Source: an uncultured delta proteobacterium (GTDB lineage: Bacteria > Myxococcota > Myxococcia > SLRQ01). From it: a DNA stretch of 64,000 bases. Where the stretch lies: NCBI GenBank assembly GCA_963727485.1, contig CAVSGM010000002.1, positions 896,001-960,000 of the forward strand, given 5' to 3'. Each line of letters starts with the position of its first letter. Position 1 is the first letter of the stretch. The notes under the pieces are model-generated. The model had not been told where the DNA came from, did no database searches, and saw only the letters and a list, made by a program, of their open reading frames with translations. Below are positions 17,495 to 27,957 of the stretch, one piece after another. A program made the translations under genes and the position numbers.

Positions 17495-20400
17495 CTAGGC
17501 CGGGCGTTTCCGGGCCAGGGCCTCGAGGTAGTCGGCCCGCAGGCCCTCGTCCCGCAGGACGTCCCAGGCGTCGTCGAGGGCCCGACGGATCTCCTCGAGC
17601 TGCCCCCAGAGATCCCGGTAGGCCTCGTCGCCGTAGCGCCCGGGCTGGAACTCCCGGACCTGGCGCTCGTAGGCGGCCTTGAGCTCGTAGCTGGTGGCCT
17701 CGGGGGCCACGCCCAGGATCTCGAAGTAGTCGGCCTCGAGGGCCTGGTTGAACTTCTCGGTGATCCGGGTGCGGTCGATCTGGCGCTCCACCGCCTGGCG
17801 CTCGGGGTCGGCGGCCCGGCCCTCGGGCATGGGGCCGGCGAAGCGCACCTCGGCCATGCCGGTGGTCTGGAGGGCGTAGAGGACCTGGAAGGTGGGCTCC
17901 TCGCCGAGGCCCGAGAGGAAGACGAGCTCCTCGGCGGTCTTGAGGCCGTCGACCTGCTCGGCGAGGCGCCGCTCCCTCGCCGAGAGGCCCAGCAGGGTGA
18001 GGTCGACGCCGCCCGCCGGGGCGAGGACGGTGCTCGGGCCCCCGAGGCGCCGGTGGACCCGGCCCAGGGGGAACTTGCGGCGGATGCCCTCGGTGATGAG
18101 GGCGAAGGGGTGCTCGGGGTGGGCGACCCGGTCGTCGTCCTCGCAGGTCTCCTCGACCCACCGCCAGTGGCCGGCGGAGACGGCGAAGGCCCCGAAGAGC
18201 GCCGCCTCGGCCTGGGCGCGGACGGTCTCGTAGAGCTCGGCGGCCTTGAGGACACCCTCCTCGACCAGGGCCACCGCCGCCTGCCTGGGGGTGAGCTCGC
18301 GGCCGCGGAGGGCCCGGGCCTGCTCCCGGGTGATGCGGCCGAGGCGGTAGGCCACCTCCCCGAGCTGCTCGTCGGCGTGGGGCGAGCGGACCCCCACCGG
18401 GCGGCCGAGCTCCACGAAGATCCGCCGGACCCCGGTGGCGTCCCGGACCTCCAGCACCCCGGTGGCCCGGGCGCGGAAGGCCTCGGCGAGGAGGTGGGGG
18501 ACGTCGGTCTCCTCGAGGTCGCCGGTCTCGGCGAACGGCGCCTCCGTCGGCTGGGGCTGGGGCGCGGACACCGGGCCCGGCGGCGGCTCCGGGGCGGCCT
18601 GTGGGGGCGCCGGCGGCGGAGCGGGCCAGGCCTGGGGCGGCTTGGGTGGCCGGGGTGGCGGCGGCGCCGCCTCGGGCGCAGGCGACGGCTCGCCGGCCCA
18701 GGGCGAGGTGTCCGCGGGAGGCCAGGCGGCGTCGGGGCGGGGCCAGCCGGCGGCGTCGGGGGCGGTGCCGGTGGCCTCGTCCTCGGGGGCCGGCGGCGGG
18801 GGCGGCACCTCGTCGCGGGGCACCGGACCGGTGGGCGGCTCGTAGGGGGCGTCGGTGTCGAGGAGGAGATCCGGCGAGAGGGACATCGGTTCGGCGGGGG
18901 TGTCGTCCTCGAGGTCCATGTCCGACCAGTCGACCTCGGCCTCCGGGGCCGGGACCGACGTCGGCGTCGCGCCGCCTCCGAGGTCCTCGTCGTCTCCCCA
19001 GCCCCCGAAGCCATCGTCCGCCGCCGGCGTCTCCGGCGGGTCCGGCGGTGGGGGCATCACCGGGCCCAGGTCCGGCGCCTCGGGGAGGCGGCTGGTGCGG
19101 GGGTTCTCCTCGCGTTCCGCCTCGAGCTCGAGGCTGGCGGTGTCCTGGCCCGCCCAGCCGGCGCCGAGGCGCGGCGGCGCCGCCTTCGGCTCCGAGCTCG
19201 TCCAGTCGAGATCCAGCGCGCGCCCGGACCACTCCTCGACGGCCCGGGCCGGGGGCCGACCGTCCGGTGCGCCGTCCGGGGGCGGCGGCCGCGGCGTCGC
19301 CGGCGGCGGGGGCAGCTCGTCGAAGAGGTCGTCCCCGAGGCTGCTGCCGGCCGCGGCCGCTTCGATCTCGCGGGCGGCGGCGGCCTCGGCCTCGAGGCGG
19401 GCGGCGGCGGCTTCGGCTTCGCTCGGCTTCGCGCTTCGCCGCCTCTTCGGCGGCACGTCGCTTGGCTTCCTCGGCTTCCCGCTTGGCCTGCTCCTCCGCC
19501 TCCCGGCGGGCGGCCTCCTCGGCCTCGCGCTTCGCCGCCTCCTCGGCGGCACGTCGCTTGGCTTCCTCGGCTTCCCGCCTGGCCTGCTCCTCCGCCTCCC
19601 GGCGGGCGGCCTCCTCGGCCTCGCGCTTCGCCGCCTCTTCGGCGGCACGTCGCTTGGCTTCCTCGGCTTCCCGCTTGGCCTGCTCCTCCGCCTCCCGGCG
19701 GGCGGCCTCCTCGGCCTCGCGCTTCGCCTGCCTCTTCGGCGGCACGTCGCTCGGCCTCCTCGGCTTCCTGCTTGGCCTGCTCCTCCGCCTCCCGGCGGGC
19801 GGCCTCCTCGGCCTCGCGCTTCGCCGCCTCCTCCTCGGCGGCACGTCGCTTGGCTTCCTCGGCTTCCTGCCTGGCCTTCTCCTCCGCCTCCCGGCGGGCG
19901 GCCTCCTCGGCCTCGGCTTCGGCCTCCGCCTCAGCTTCGCCTCCTCCTCGGCGGCACGTCGCTCGGCCTCCTCGGCTTCCCGCCTGGCCTTCTCCTCCGC
20001 CTCCCGGCGGGCGCGGGTCTCGGCCTCGAGGCGGGCCTTGGCGCGGGCCTTGGCCTCGGCCTGCTTCCGGGCGCGCTCCTCGAGGAGCCGGCGGGCCTCG
20101 GCCTTCGCCGCCGCCTCCCGGCGCGCGCGCTCCTCGGCCTCCCGCGCCGCCTGCGCCGCCTGCGCCGCCTGCGCGTCAGCCTCGGCCTCGGCCGCCTCAG
20201 CGTCGTCCGCCTCGGCCTCGGGCGCGTCGCCGGTCAGCTCCCGGGCGATCTCGTCGAGGTCCTCGTCGAGATTGGGGGACTCGGCGGCTGGCAGGGTCGC
20301 CTCGTCGTCGGCCCCTTCGCCGAGGTCACCGAAGAGCTCGTCGGCGAGGTCCTTGCGACCGGGCTCGTCCACGGTCCAGGCGTCGTCGGACCCGGCGTCG

Positions 20401-20927
20401 GACTCGGCCTCCGGCTCGGCGTCCGGCTCGGCGTCGGCGAGGAGGGCGTCCATGGCGGCCTCCACCCCGTGGTCCTCGCCCTCGGTGCGGGCGGCCTCGG
20501 CCCGGGCGGCGGTGCGGGCGATGTCCGCGGCGCTCGCCCGGCGCGGGGCCGGCTCGCCGGCGCCGAGGTAGCTCTCGATCTTGGCGACCACCCGCTTCCA
20601 GGCCACGGGCCTCTGGAAGTACCCGTCCCCGCCGGCGGCCAGCGCGCTGGCGGTGTCCACCACGTCGCCGCTGCCGTCGCCGATGAGGAGGATGGGCAGC
20701 GCCGGATCGGCGGCCTGGCCGCGGATGCTCTCGCAGATCTCCAGCCCCGAGCCCCCGGCGGTCTCCAGGGCGAGGACGACCATCTGGGGATCGTCGTGCT
20801 CGAGCGCGATCTCGGCGTCGGCGGCGTTGGTGGCGAGGACCGGGTCGAACCCGGCCTCGGTCAGCACCCGCCGGGCCGCGGAGACAGACGCGATGTCGTC
20901 GTCGATGAGCAGGATGCGCTTGCGCAT
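17495..20927 (-). CDS. Large pseudo-receiver / charged-helix repeat / DUF4388-like / J-like domain protein (about 3 apparent frameshifts at ~19420-19930)
   Basis: N-terminal RILLIDDD receiver fold, E/R/K/A repeats, Pro-rich linker, [13 protein letters not shown]...TGVLEV (DUF4388-like), and C-terminal [12 protein letters not shown]...LKAAY J-like domain. Confidence 0.7.
19425..20010 (-). repeat. Intragenic tandem repeat, ~6 x ~96 bp (32 aa [32 protein letters not shown])
   Basis: Anchor CACGTCG recurs at 19454, 19550, 19646, 19743, 19842 and 19955. Confidence 0.85.
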
Positions 20928-21028
20928 GGACCCGGGCACGCCCGCCGCCGCGTGAGAGGAAAAAGCCCCGCGAGGGCGCGACTATAGCATCGGCCCGGAG
21001 GGGGATCCAAAGCTCGGCCGGCCCGCGC

Positions 21029-23479
21029 CTAGAGCATGCCCACCGGGTCCACGTCGAGGGCCGCGGTGACCCCCGGCGGAAGCGGCGCGCCCCGGAGGAT
21101 GCCGACCACCCACCCAATCGTCCGGGCGTCGGGCGCCTTGACCAGAAGCTGCCACCGGGTGCGCCCCCGCAGCCGCGAAAGCGGCGCCGGCGCCGGCCCC
21201 AGGACCTCGAGACCGGCGTCGGGGTGCGCCTCGGCGGCGGCCTCGGCCCGGCGCGCCAACGCCTCGGCCCCGGCGGCCACCCGGGTGGGGCTCTGGCCCT
21301 CGATCCGGGCCATGAGCAGGCGGCACGCCGGCGGCCACCACCCCGCCTCGCGCTCGGCGAGGGCCTCGGCCGAGAAGGCGGCGAAGTCCCCGAGGGCCGC
21401 CAGCCGCACCGCCGGGTGCTCCGGCCGCCAGCTCTGGATCAGCACCCGCCCGGGATCCGTCCCCCGCCCCGCCCGGCCGGCCACCTGGGCCAAGAGCTGG
21501 AAGGTGCGCTCGGCGGCGCGGAAGTCCGGGACCAGGAGCCCCAGGTCCGCGGCGACCACCCCCACCAGGGTCACCCCCGGGAAGTCGTGGCCCTTGGCGA
21601 CCATCTGGGTGCCCACCAGCACGTCGTGCCGCCCCAGCGCGAAGTCGGCGAGGATCCGCCCGAGGGCGCCCTTCTTGGCGGTGGTGTCCCGGTCGAGGCG
21701 CGCCACCCGCGCCCCGGGCACCCGGGCCGAGACCTCCGCCTCGACCTTCTGGGTGCCCACCCCCAGCGCCTCGTAGGGCCCGCCGCACTCGGGGCAGGTG
21801 GCAGGCGGCGGGACCTCGTAGCCGCAGTAGTGGCACAGGGCCTTCGCCGGCCGCCGGTGGAGCGTCAGCCCCACCTCGCAGTTGGGGCAGCGCACCGCCC
21901 CGCCGCAGCCGGCGCACACCAGGGTGGGCGCGTGGCCCCGGCGGTTGAGGAAGAGGATCGCCTGGCGCCCGGCGCCCACCGTGTCCTCCAGGGCCGCCAC
22001 CAGGGGATCGGAGAGGACGTAGGGGGCGTGGGTCTCCGGGTGGTGGCCGGGCCGGTCGGCGCGCAGGTCGACCACCTCGACCCGGGGCATGGGCCTCCCG
22101 GCGACCCTTCCCGGGAGCGACAGGTGCCCGTAGCGCCCGGCCCGGGCGTTGGCCACCGACTCCAGGGAGGGCGTCGCCGACCCCAGCACCACCACCGCCG
22201 AGGCGTCGCGCCCCCGCACCAGGGCCAGGTCGCGGGCGTGGTAGCGCAGGCCCTCCTCCTGCTTGAAGGAGCCGTCGTGCTCCTCGTCGACCACCACCAC
22301 CCCCAGGCCCTCGACCGGGGCGAAGATCGCCGAGCGCACCCCCACCGCCACCCGGGCGTCGCCCCGGCGGATGCGCCACCACTCGTCGTGGCGCTCGCCG
22401 TCGGAGAGCCCCGAGTGGAGCACCGCCACGTCGTCGCCGAAGCGCGCCCGGAACCGGCCGACGAGCTGGGGCGTCAGGGCGATCTCCGGGACCAGCACCA
22501 ACGCCCCCTGCCCCCGGTCCCGGGCGGCCTCGATGAGGCGCATGTAGACCTCGGTCTTGCCGCTCCCGGTGACCCCCTCGAGGAGGTAGGGGTGGAACCC
22601 GGTGCCCAGCGCCCCCTCGAGGACCTCGAGGACCTTCGCCTGGGCGGCGGTGGGCTCCGGGCGGGCCCCGGCGTCGAGGGCGACCTCGGCGGGCCCCTCG
22701 GGGAGGCGATCGCGGACCGCGCGGTCCAGGGTGACCAGGCCCTTGGCGGCAAGCCGCCCCACCGCGTCCCGGGCCCCGGGAAACGCCGCCTTCAGCTCGT
22801 CCATGGGCACCCGCCCCCGGGCGGCGAGCCACTGAAGCACCGCCTGCTGGGACGGCGCCCGCCGAAGGGTGGCCACCGCCGCCTCCAGCCCCCCCTCGGG
22901 GAGCGCCGCTTCCACCTGCTCGGTGAACGCCGCCTTCACCCGGGCCCCGCGCACCGCCTCCACCCGGGCCACCCAGCCCCGGGCGATGAGCCGCTCGGCG
23001 AGCCGCGGATCCACCTGGGAGCGCTTGCCCCCGGCCCGGGCCTCGCCCTCGGGCCGCCCGGCGAGCACCGCCAGCAGCTCGCGCTCGGCCACCGGCGTCC
23101 TCGCCTCCTCCAGGGCCGCCCGACCGGCGTCGGTGAGGCGCACCCGGCGCTCGCTGTGGACGTTGATCCCCGGCGGCAGCGCCGTGCGCACCACCTCGCC
23201 GAGCGGGTGCTGGTAGTACCCGGCCACCCAGCGCAACAGCGCCAACAGCGGCGGGGTGAGGATGGGCCCGTCGTCGAGGAGCTCGGCCACCTCCCGCACC
23301 GCGGTGCCCTCCGGCGGCGGCGCGGCGTCGCCGAGGAGGTAGCCGGTGAGCTTGCGCCGGCCGAAGGGCACCAGCACCCGATGCCCCGGCGCCGCCTGCC
23401 CGGCGAGCGACTCGGGGAGCGCGTAGGTGAAGGTGCCGTCGACCGGCACCGCCACCGCGACCTCGACCAGCGGACCCAT
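21029..23479 (-). CDS. priA: Primosomal protein N' (replication restart helicase)
   Basis: GVTGSGKTEVY, LVPEIALTPQ, DEEHD, Cys-rich zinc region and QVAGRAGR. Confidence 0.97.
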   Translation of the reverse strand: MGPLVEVAVAVPVDGTFTYALPESLAGQAAPGHRVLVPFGRRKLTGYLLGDAAPPPEGTAVREVAELLDDGPILTPPLLALLRWVAGYYQHPLGEVVRTALPPGINVHSERRVRLTDAGRAALEEARTPVAERELLAVLAGRPEGEARAGGKRSQVDPRLAERLIARGWVARVEAVRGARVKAAFTEQVEAALPEGGLEAAVATLRRAPSQQAVLQWLAARGRVPMDELKAAFPGARDAVGRLAAKGLVTLDRAVRDRLPEGPAEVALDAGARPEPTAAQAKVLEVLEGALGTGFHPYLLEGVTGSGKTEVYMRLIEAARDRGQGALVLVPEIALTPQLVGRFRARFGDDVAVLHSGLSDGERHDEWWRIRRGDARVAVGVRSAIFAPVEGLGVVVVDEEHDGSFKQEEGLRYHARDLALVRGRDASAVVVLGSATPSLESVANARAGRYGHLSLPGRVAGRPMPRVEVVDLRADRPGHHPETHAPYVLSDPLVAALEDTVGAGRQAILFLNRRGHAPTLVCAGCGGAVRCPNCEVGLTLHRRPAKALCHYCGYEVPPPATCPECGGPYEALGVGTQKVEAEVSARVPGARVARLDRDTTAKKGALGRILADFALGRHDVLVGTQMVAKGHDFPGVTLVGVVAADLGLLVPDFRAAERTFQLLAQVAGRAGRGTDPGRVLIQSWRPEHPAVRLAALGDFAAFSAEALAEREAGWWPPACRLLMARIEGQSPTRVAAGAEALARRAEAAAEAHPDAGLEVLGPAPAPLSRLRGRTRWQLLVKAPDARTIGWVVGILRGAPLPPGVTAALDVDPVGML

Positions 23480-23490
23480 GGCCCGCCAAT

Positions 23491-24207
23491 CTAACGGAAG
23501 CGACTGTCAGTCAGCTTCACGTTCTGGTCGAGGTGCTCGGCGGCGAACTCCAGGCGGAGCGTCCCGTCGAGGTAGAGCTGGAGCTTGCCGGGATGCCACT
23601 CGCCGGTCGCCGGGTCGTCGTACTTGAGCAGGCGCACCTCGGCCACGTGCCCCCCAATCTTCGCCACGATGCGCACCGGGAGGAAGGTCTTGTGGTCGAG
23701 CCAGAGCTGGGGCCGGTCGGTCTCCCAGGGCTTGGCCCCGATCACGTAGGCGGGCCGCCCGTCCTGGCGGGCCAGGGTGGTCTCGCCGGTGTCGACGTGG
23801 AGGGTCCGCAGCAGGCGGCCCACCTCGGCGGTGGCGTGGGTCCGCGCCGAGACCAGGGGGCAGGCGAGCTGCTCCAGGGTCCCCAGGTCGGCCACGGAGG
23901 CGTCGGTCGGCGGGGTGAGCTTGCCCCGGTCGTAGGCGGTGTAGACCCCGGCCAGCGCGTCGTCGTCGCTCACCTCGAGCTCCAGGCGGCACTGCTGGTC
24001 GAAGCGCACCAGGTGGCTCGCCGGCACCACCCGCCGGCCCCCGTCGGCGTCGAGGAGGGTGAGGCTCCCGTCGACCTTGAGGGTGGCGGCGTGGAGACCG
24101 TCCTTGCGCTGGCCGAGGAAATCGAGGAGCGCCGGGGTGGGCAGGACGTAGGCCAGCGCGGGCAGACCCACGGCGGCCACCAGGAGGGCGACGAGGAGGC
24201 GCTTCAT
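23491..24207 (-). CDS. Exported hypothetical protein, possibly LolA/LppX-like fold
   Basis: Signal peptide and beta-rich body (QLWLDHKTFLPVRI). Its start overlaps the galU stop. Confidence 0.55.
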   Translation of the reverse strand: MKRLLVALLVAAVGLPALAYVLPTPALLDFLGQRKDGLHAATLKVDGSLTLLDADGGRRVVPASHLVRFDQQCRLELEVSDDDALAGVYTAYDRGKLTPPTDASVADLGTLEQLACPLVSARTHATAEVGRLLRTLHVDTGETTLARQDGRPAYVIGAKPWETDRPQLWLDHKTFLPVRIVAKIGGHVAEVRLLKYDDPATGEWHPGKLQLYLDGTLRLEFAAEHLDQNVKLTDSRFR

Positions 24208-25085
24208 CGGTGCTGCTCGAGGAGCTCGCGGAGCACCTGGAGCACCGGCTCCCGGAGGCTCTCGCGCTTGAGGGCGTAGTGGAGGTTGGCGCGGATCCAG
24301 CCGACCTTGTCCCCGGCGTCGTGGCGCTCGCCCTCGAAGGCGAGGCCGAGGAGCCCGTCCTCGTCGGCGAGGCGGCGCAGGGCGTCGGTGAGCTGGATCT
24401 CGCCCCCGTGACCGGGCCGGGTGTCCTCGATGAACCCGAAGACCTTCCCGGGGAGGACGTAGCGGCCGATGATGGCGAGGTTGGAAGGTGCGGTGCCGGG
24501 ATCGGGCTTCTCCACCAGCTTCTCGATGGCGAAGGTCCCGTCGTCGAGCTTGTGGCCGGCGACGACGCCGTAGAGGTGCGTCTGATCCTCGGGGACCTCC
24601 ATCAGCGCCAGCACGCCCTTGCCGGTGCGCTGGTGGACGTCGATGAGCTGGCGGGTCACCGGGACCTCGGCGTCGATGACGTCGTCGCCGAGGAGCACCG
24701 CGAACGGCTCGTCCTCGCCCACCGGCCCCCGGCCGCAGAGCACCGCGTGGCCCAGGCCCAGCGGCTCCTTCTGGCGCACCGAGATCAGGTTCACCATCCG
24801 GCTGATGGCGTTCACCTCGGCGAGGAGCTCCTTCTTGCCCCGGCGGCGGAGCACGTCCTCGAGCTCGTAGGCGATGTCGAAGTGATCCTCGATGGCGTTC
24901 TTGCCCCGGCCGTTGACCAGGATCACCTGGTCGATGCCGGCGTCCACCGCCTCACCCACGATGTACTGCAGGGTGGGGGTGTCCACGATCGGCAGCAGCT
25001 CCTTGGGCACCGCCTTGGTCGCGGGCAGGAAGCGGGTGCCGAGCCCTGCTGCGGGGATCACCGCCTTGCGGACGGCCTGCGCCAT
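24204..25085 (-). CDS. galU: UTP--glucose-1-phosphate uridylyltransferase
   Basis: KAVIPAAGLGTRFLPATKAVPKE, QKEPLGLGHA, VEKP and GEIQLTDA. Confidence 0.96.
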   Translation of the reverse strand: MAQAVRKAVIPAAGLGTRFLPATKAVPKELLPIVDTPTLQYIVGEAVDAGIDQVILVNGRGKNAIEDHFDIAYELEDVLRRRGKKELLAEVNAISRMVNLISVRQKEPLGLGHAVLCGRGPVGEDEPFAVLLGDDVIDAEVPVTRQLIDVHQRTGKGVLALMEVPEDQTHLYGVVAGHKLDDGTFAIEKLVEKPDPGTAPSNLAIIGRYVLPGKVFGFIEDTRPGHGGEIQLTDALRRLADEDGLLGLAFEGERHDAGDKVGWIRANLHYALKRESLREPVLQVLRELLEQHR

Positions 25086-25150
25086 CGTCGAACCTCCTCT
25101 CCCGGGGTCGGCGGATGCTAACAGTGGACCAGGAGGGGAACAAGCCAGCC

Positions 25151-27382
25151 ATGGAGCGCCACCTGCCGCATCCGCGCCTCGCCGCCGCCGCCGTCCTCGT
25201 CTGCGCCGCCCTCGTCGCCGGGCCCGCCCACGCCGACGCCCCCGCCGGCGCCGGGACCCAGGCCGACGAGGGGGCCACGGCGGTCACCCCGGGCCCCTGG
25301 CACATCAAGCACCCGCCCAAGGAGAAGCCCGAGGGGCCGCGCCCCGCCCCGGCGAAGCGAGAGGTGCGCACCCTCAAGTACCCCCCGCCCCCGGCCCCCC
25401 CGCCGCCGTGGATGGACCTCGACGACGTGACCACCACCGGCCCCGGGGGCGCCCAGCTGGTCTTCGACGCCCCCCGGTCGATCTCGGTGGTCAGCGGCCG
25501 GGACATGGCCGAGCGCGCCGTCCCCTCCACCCCCGACGCCGTCGCCGACGTCCCCGGGGTCTGGGTGCAGAAGCCCTACTTCGGCAGCGGCGACGCCTTC
25601 ATCCGCGGCCTCGGGGGCCGGCGGGTGCTGGTGCTGGAGGACGGCCTGCGCCTCGACGACGCCGCCCGAAAGGCCGCCCCCGACGACGTGCTCAACCTCG
25701 TGGACGTCTTCTCCCTGAAGCGGGTGGAGGTCCTCCGGGGCCCGGCGACGGTCCTCTACGGCGAGGGGGCCCTCGGCGGGGTGGTGAACCTGGTCCCCCT
25801 GACCCCGGCGCCCGGGCCAAACAAGCTCCGGGGCCGGGCGGTGGTCCAGGTGCGGTCCCAGACCTGGGAGAAGGGCCTCCACGCCGCCGGCGAGGCCGAC
25901 GCGCCCTACGGGGCGGTGCGGGTCGGGGCCTCGTACAACGGCTTCGACGACCTCGAGTCCCCGGTGACCTTCGTGAAGTTCTCGGGCTACCAGCGCGGGG
26001 ACTTCCTCGCCCAGGGGGTGCTCCGCCTCGGCGAGGGGCGGCTGACCGCCGGGTGGTCCGGGAGCCGGCAGTTCTCCGTCCCCCACACCGACCGCTGCAA
26101 GGTCTACCCGTACTACGTCTGCACCGTGGCCCCCCAGGTGTTCCGGGACCTCTACCACCTCGGCTACCAGGGGCGCCTCGGCGCCAACGTCCGCCTCTCG
26201 GCCACCGCCTACCTCAAGGCCCGGCACCAGACCGAGGAGCTCACCCGGGACGACCTCTTCCTCCGGCGCCTCGACACCCTCGACGTCCTCGCCCCCGGGG
26301 CCCGGATCGCCCTGCACGCGACGCCCCTGCGAGGCCTCCACCTCACCGCGGGCCTCGACGCCGAGACCGACCGCATCGACGACGCCACCACCCTGGAGAA
26401 GGCGGGGATCGCCGGGCTGCCCCCCCAGCGGCCGCGCCTGCCCCCGGGCAGCCACCAGGAGCGCGCCGCCGTCTACGCCCTCGGTCGCTACCAGGTGGGC
26501 GCCGTCTCCCTCTTCGCCGGGGGCCGGCTGCTCTCGGTGAGCGACAGCGCCCCGGCCCTCGGCGGCTTCCAGGCGGTCTCGCGCACCGACACCGGGGCGG
26601 TGGGCACCGCCGGCGTCCGGGCGAAGGTCGGCGGGGTGCTCCAGCTCGTCGCCGACGTGGGCCAGGGCCTGCGGACCCCGAACCTCGACGACCTGGCGGG
26701 CTTCGGCTCGCAGACCGCCGGCTTCCACGTCCCCGCCCCGGGCCTCAAGCCCGAGCGGAGCACCACCGTCGAGGCGGGGGTCAAGCTCTTCGGCCGGAGG
26801 GTCCAGGTCCAGATCTTCGGCTACCAGACCGAGCTCCACGACGCCATCGTCACCGTCCCCGCCACCTTCGGCGGCGACGCCACCCTCGAGGGCCTCCCGG
26901 TCCTCACCCTCGCCAACACCCCCCACGCCCGCCTCTACGGCGCCGAGCTCGACGCGGCCCTGGTCCTCGTCGACGGCCTCTCGGTGGGCCTCGGCGGGGC
27001 CTTCACCGTCGGCGACGATCTCTCCCGGGGCGTGCCCTTCCCCCGGATGCCGCCGGCCTCCGGGCGCCTGCGGGTGCGCTACTCCGACCGGGACCACGTC
27101 TTCTACAGCGAGCTGGCGCTGGTGGCCGCCGAGGCCCAGACCCGCCTCGCCCCCGAGGACCGCCTCGACCCGCGGATTCGCGATCCCCGGGCGTTGGGCC
27201 CCTGCACCGGCACCCCCGGCTACCTCACCGTGGGGATCCGCGCCGGGGTGAGGCTCTCCCGGGCGGCGACCCTCTCGATCCACCTGGAGAACCTGGTGAA
27301 CGCCCACTACCGGGTCCACGGCAGCGGCCTCGACGCCCCGGCGATGGGGGCCGGGGTGCGGGTCACGGTGACCAGCTTCTAG
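25151..27382 (+). CDS. TonB-dependent receptor (substrate unknown)
   Basis: Signal peptide, FIRGLGG, RVEVLRGPATVLYGEGALGGVVN, LKPERS, ENLVNAHYR and a C-terminal Phe. Confidence 0.88.
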   Translation: MERHLPHPRLAAAAVLVCAALVAGPAHADAPAGAGTQADEGATAVTPGPWHIKHPPKEKPEGPRPAPAKREVRTLKYPPPPAPPPPWMDLDDVTTTGPGGAQLVFDAPRSISVVSGRDMAERAVPSTPDAVADVPGVWVQKPYFGSGDAFIRGLGGRRVLVLEDGLRLDDAARKAAPDDVLNLVDVFSLKRVEVLRGPATVLYGEGALGGVVNLVPLTPAPGPNKLRGRAVVQVRSQTWEKGLHAAGEADAPYGAVRVGASYNGFDDLESPVTFVKFSGYQRGDFLAQGVLRLGEGRLTAGWSGSRQFSVPHTDRCKVYPYYVCTVAPQVFRDLYHLGYQGRLGANVRLSATAYLKARHQTEELTRDDLFLRRLDTLDVLAPGARIALHATPLRGLHLTAGLDAETDRIDDATTLEKAGIAGLPPQRPRLPPGSHQERAAVYALGRYQVGAVSLFAGGRLLSVSDSAPALGGFQAVSRTDTGAVGTAGVRAKVGGVLQLVADVGQGLRTPNLDDLAGFGSQTAGFHVPAPGLKPERSTTVEAGVKLFGRRVQVQIFGYQTELHDAIVTVPATFGGDATLEGLPVLTLANTPHARLYGAELDAALVLVDGLSVGLGGAFTVGDDLSRGVPFPRMPPASGRLRVRYSDRDHVFYSELALVAAEAQTRLAPEDRLDPRIRDPRALGPCTGTPGYLTVGIRAGVRLSRAATLSIHLENLVNAHYRVHGSGLDAPAMGAGVRVTVTSF

Positions 27383-27425
27383 CCCGGGCGCGCGGTCAGG
27401 GCCTCCGGGCGGGCGGCGGCGCGGG

Positions 27426-27788
27426 TCAGAGCCGCCGGCGCACCTCCGACCGCTCCGCCTCCTCCTTGCACGCGATGCACAGGGTGGTCACCGGGCGGGC
27501 CTTGAGCCGCGCCTCGGAGATGTCCTCGCCGCACTCGCTGCAGGTGCCGAAGGTGCCCTCGTCGAGGCGCTGGAGGGCGTCCTCGATCTTGGCGATGAGC
27601 TTCCGGTCCCGATCCCGGAGGCGGAGGGTGAAGTTGCGGTCGGTCTCGTGGCTCGCCCGGTCGGTGGGATCCGCGTGGACCGCCCGCTCGTGGGTCATGC
27701 CGCTGGCGGTCTCCACCGAGGCGTCGACCAGCACCGCGAGGCGCTCGTTGAGCAGGTTCTTGTACCGGCTTCTCTGTCGCTTGTTCAT
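27426..27788 (-). CDS. dksA: RNA polymerase-binding factor DksA
   Basis: ADPTDRASHE coiled-coil tip and C4 zinc finger CSECG...RP.TTLCIAC. Confidence 0.92.
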   Translation of the reverse strand: MNKRQRSRYKNLLNERLAVLVDASVETASGMTHERAVHADPTDRASHETDRNFTLRLRDRDRKLIAKIEDALQRLDEGTFGTCSECGEDISEARLKARPVTTLCIACKEEAERSEVRRRL

Positions 27789-27957
27789 TGGACCTCAAGT
27801 CCCCATCACCGCGGGTCCGGCGGCGCCCGAGTCCTGCCGCCATCGGGCCAAGAGGGCCCGACGATCGAAGATGTTAGCGACCCGGATCGAGGGGTTCAAG
27901 CGCCCCGTGCCGGGCATGACCGGGCAACGGGCAGCTGTGCTATCGTCCGCCGCCACC

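Noticed and set aside
19425..20010. 96-bp periodic repeats as a CRISPR array
   Set aside because: The units are contiguous with no unique spacers, encode an in-frame E/R/K/A helix, and no cas genes are nearby.
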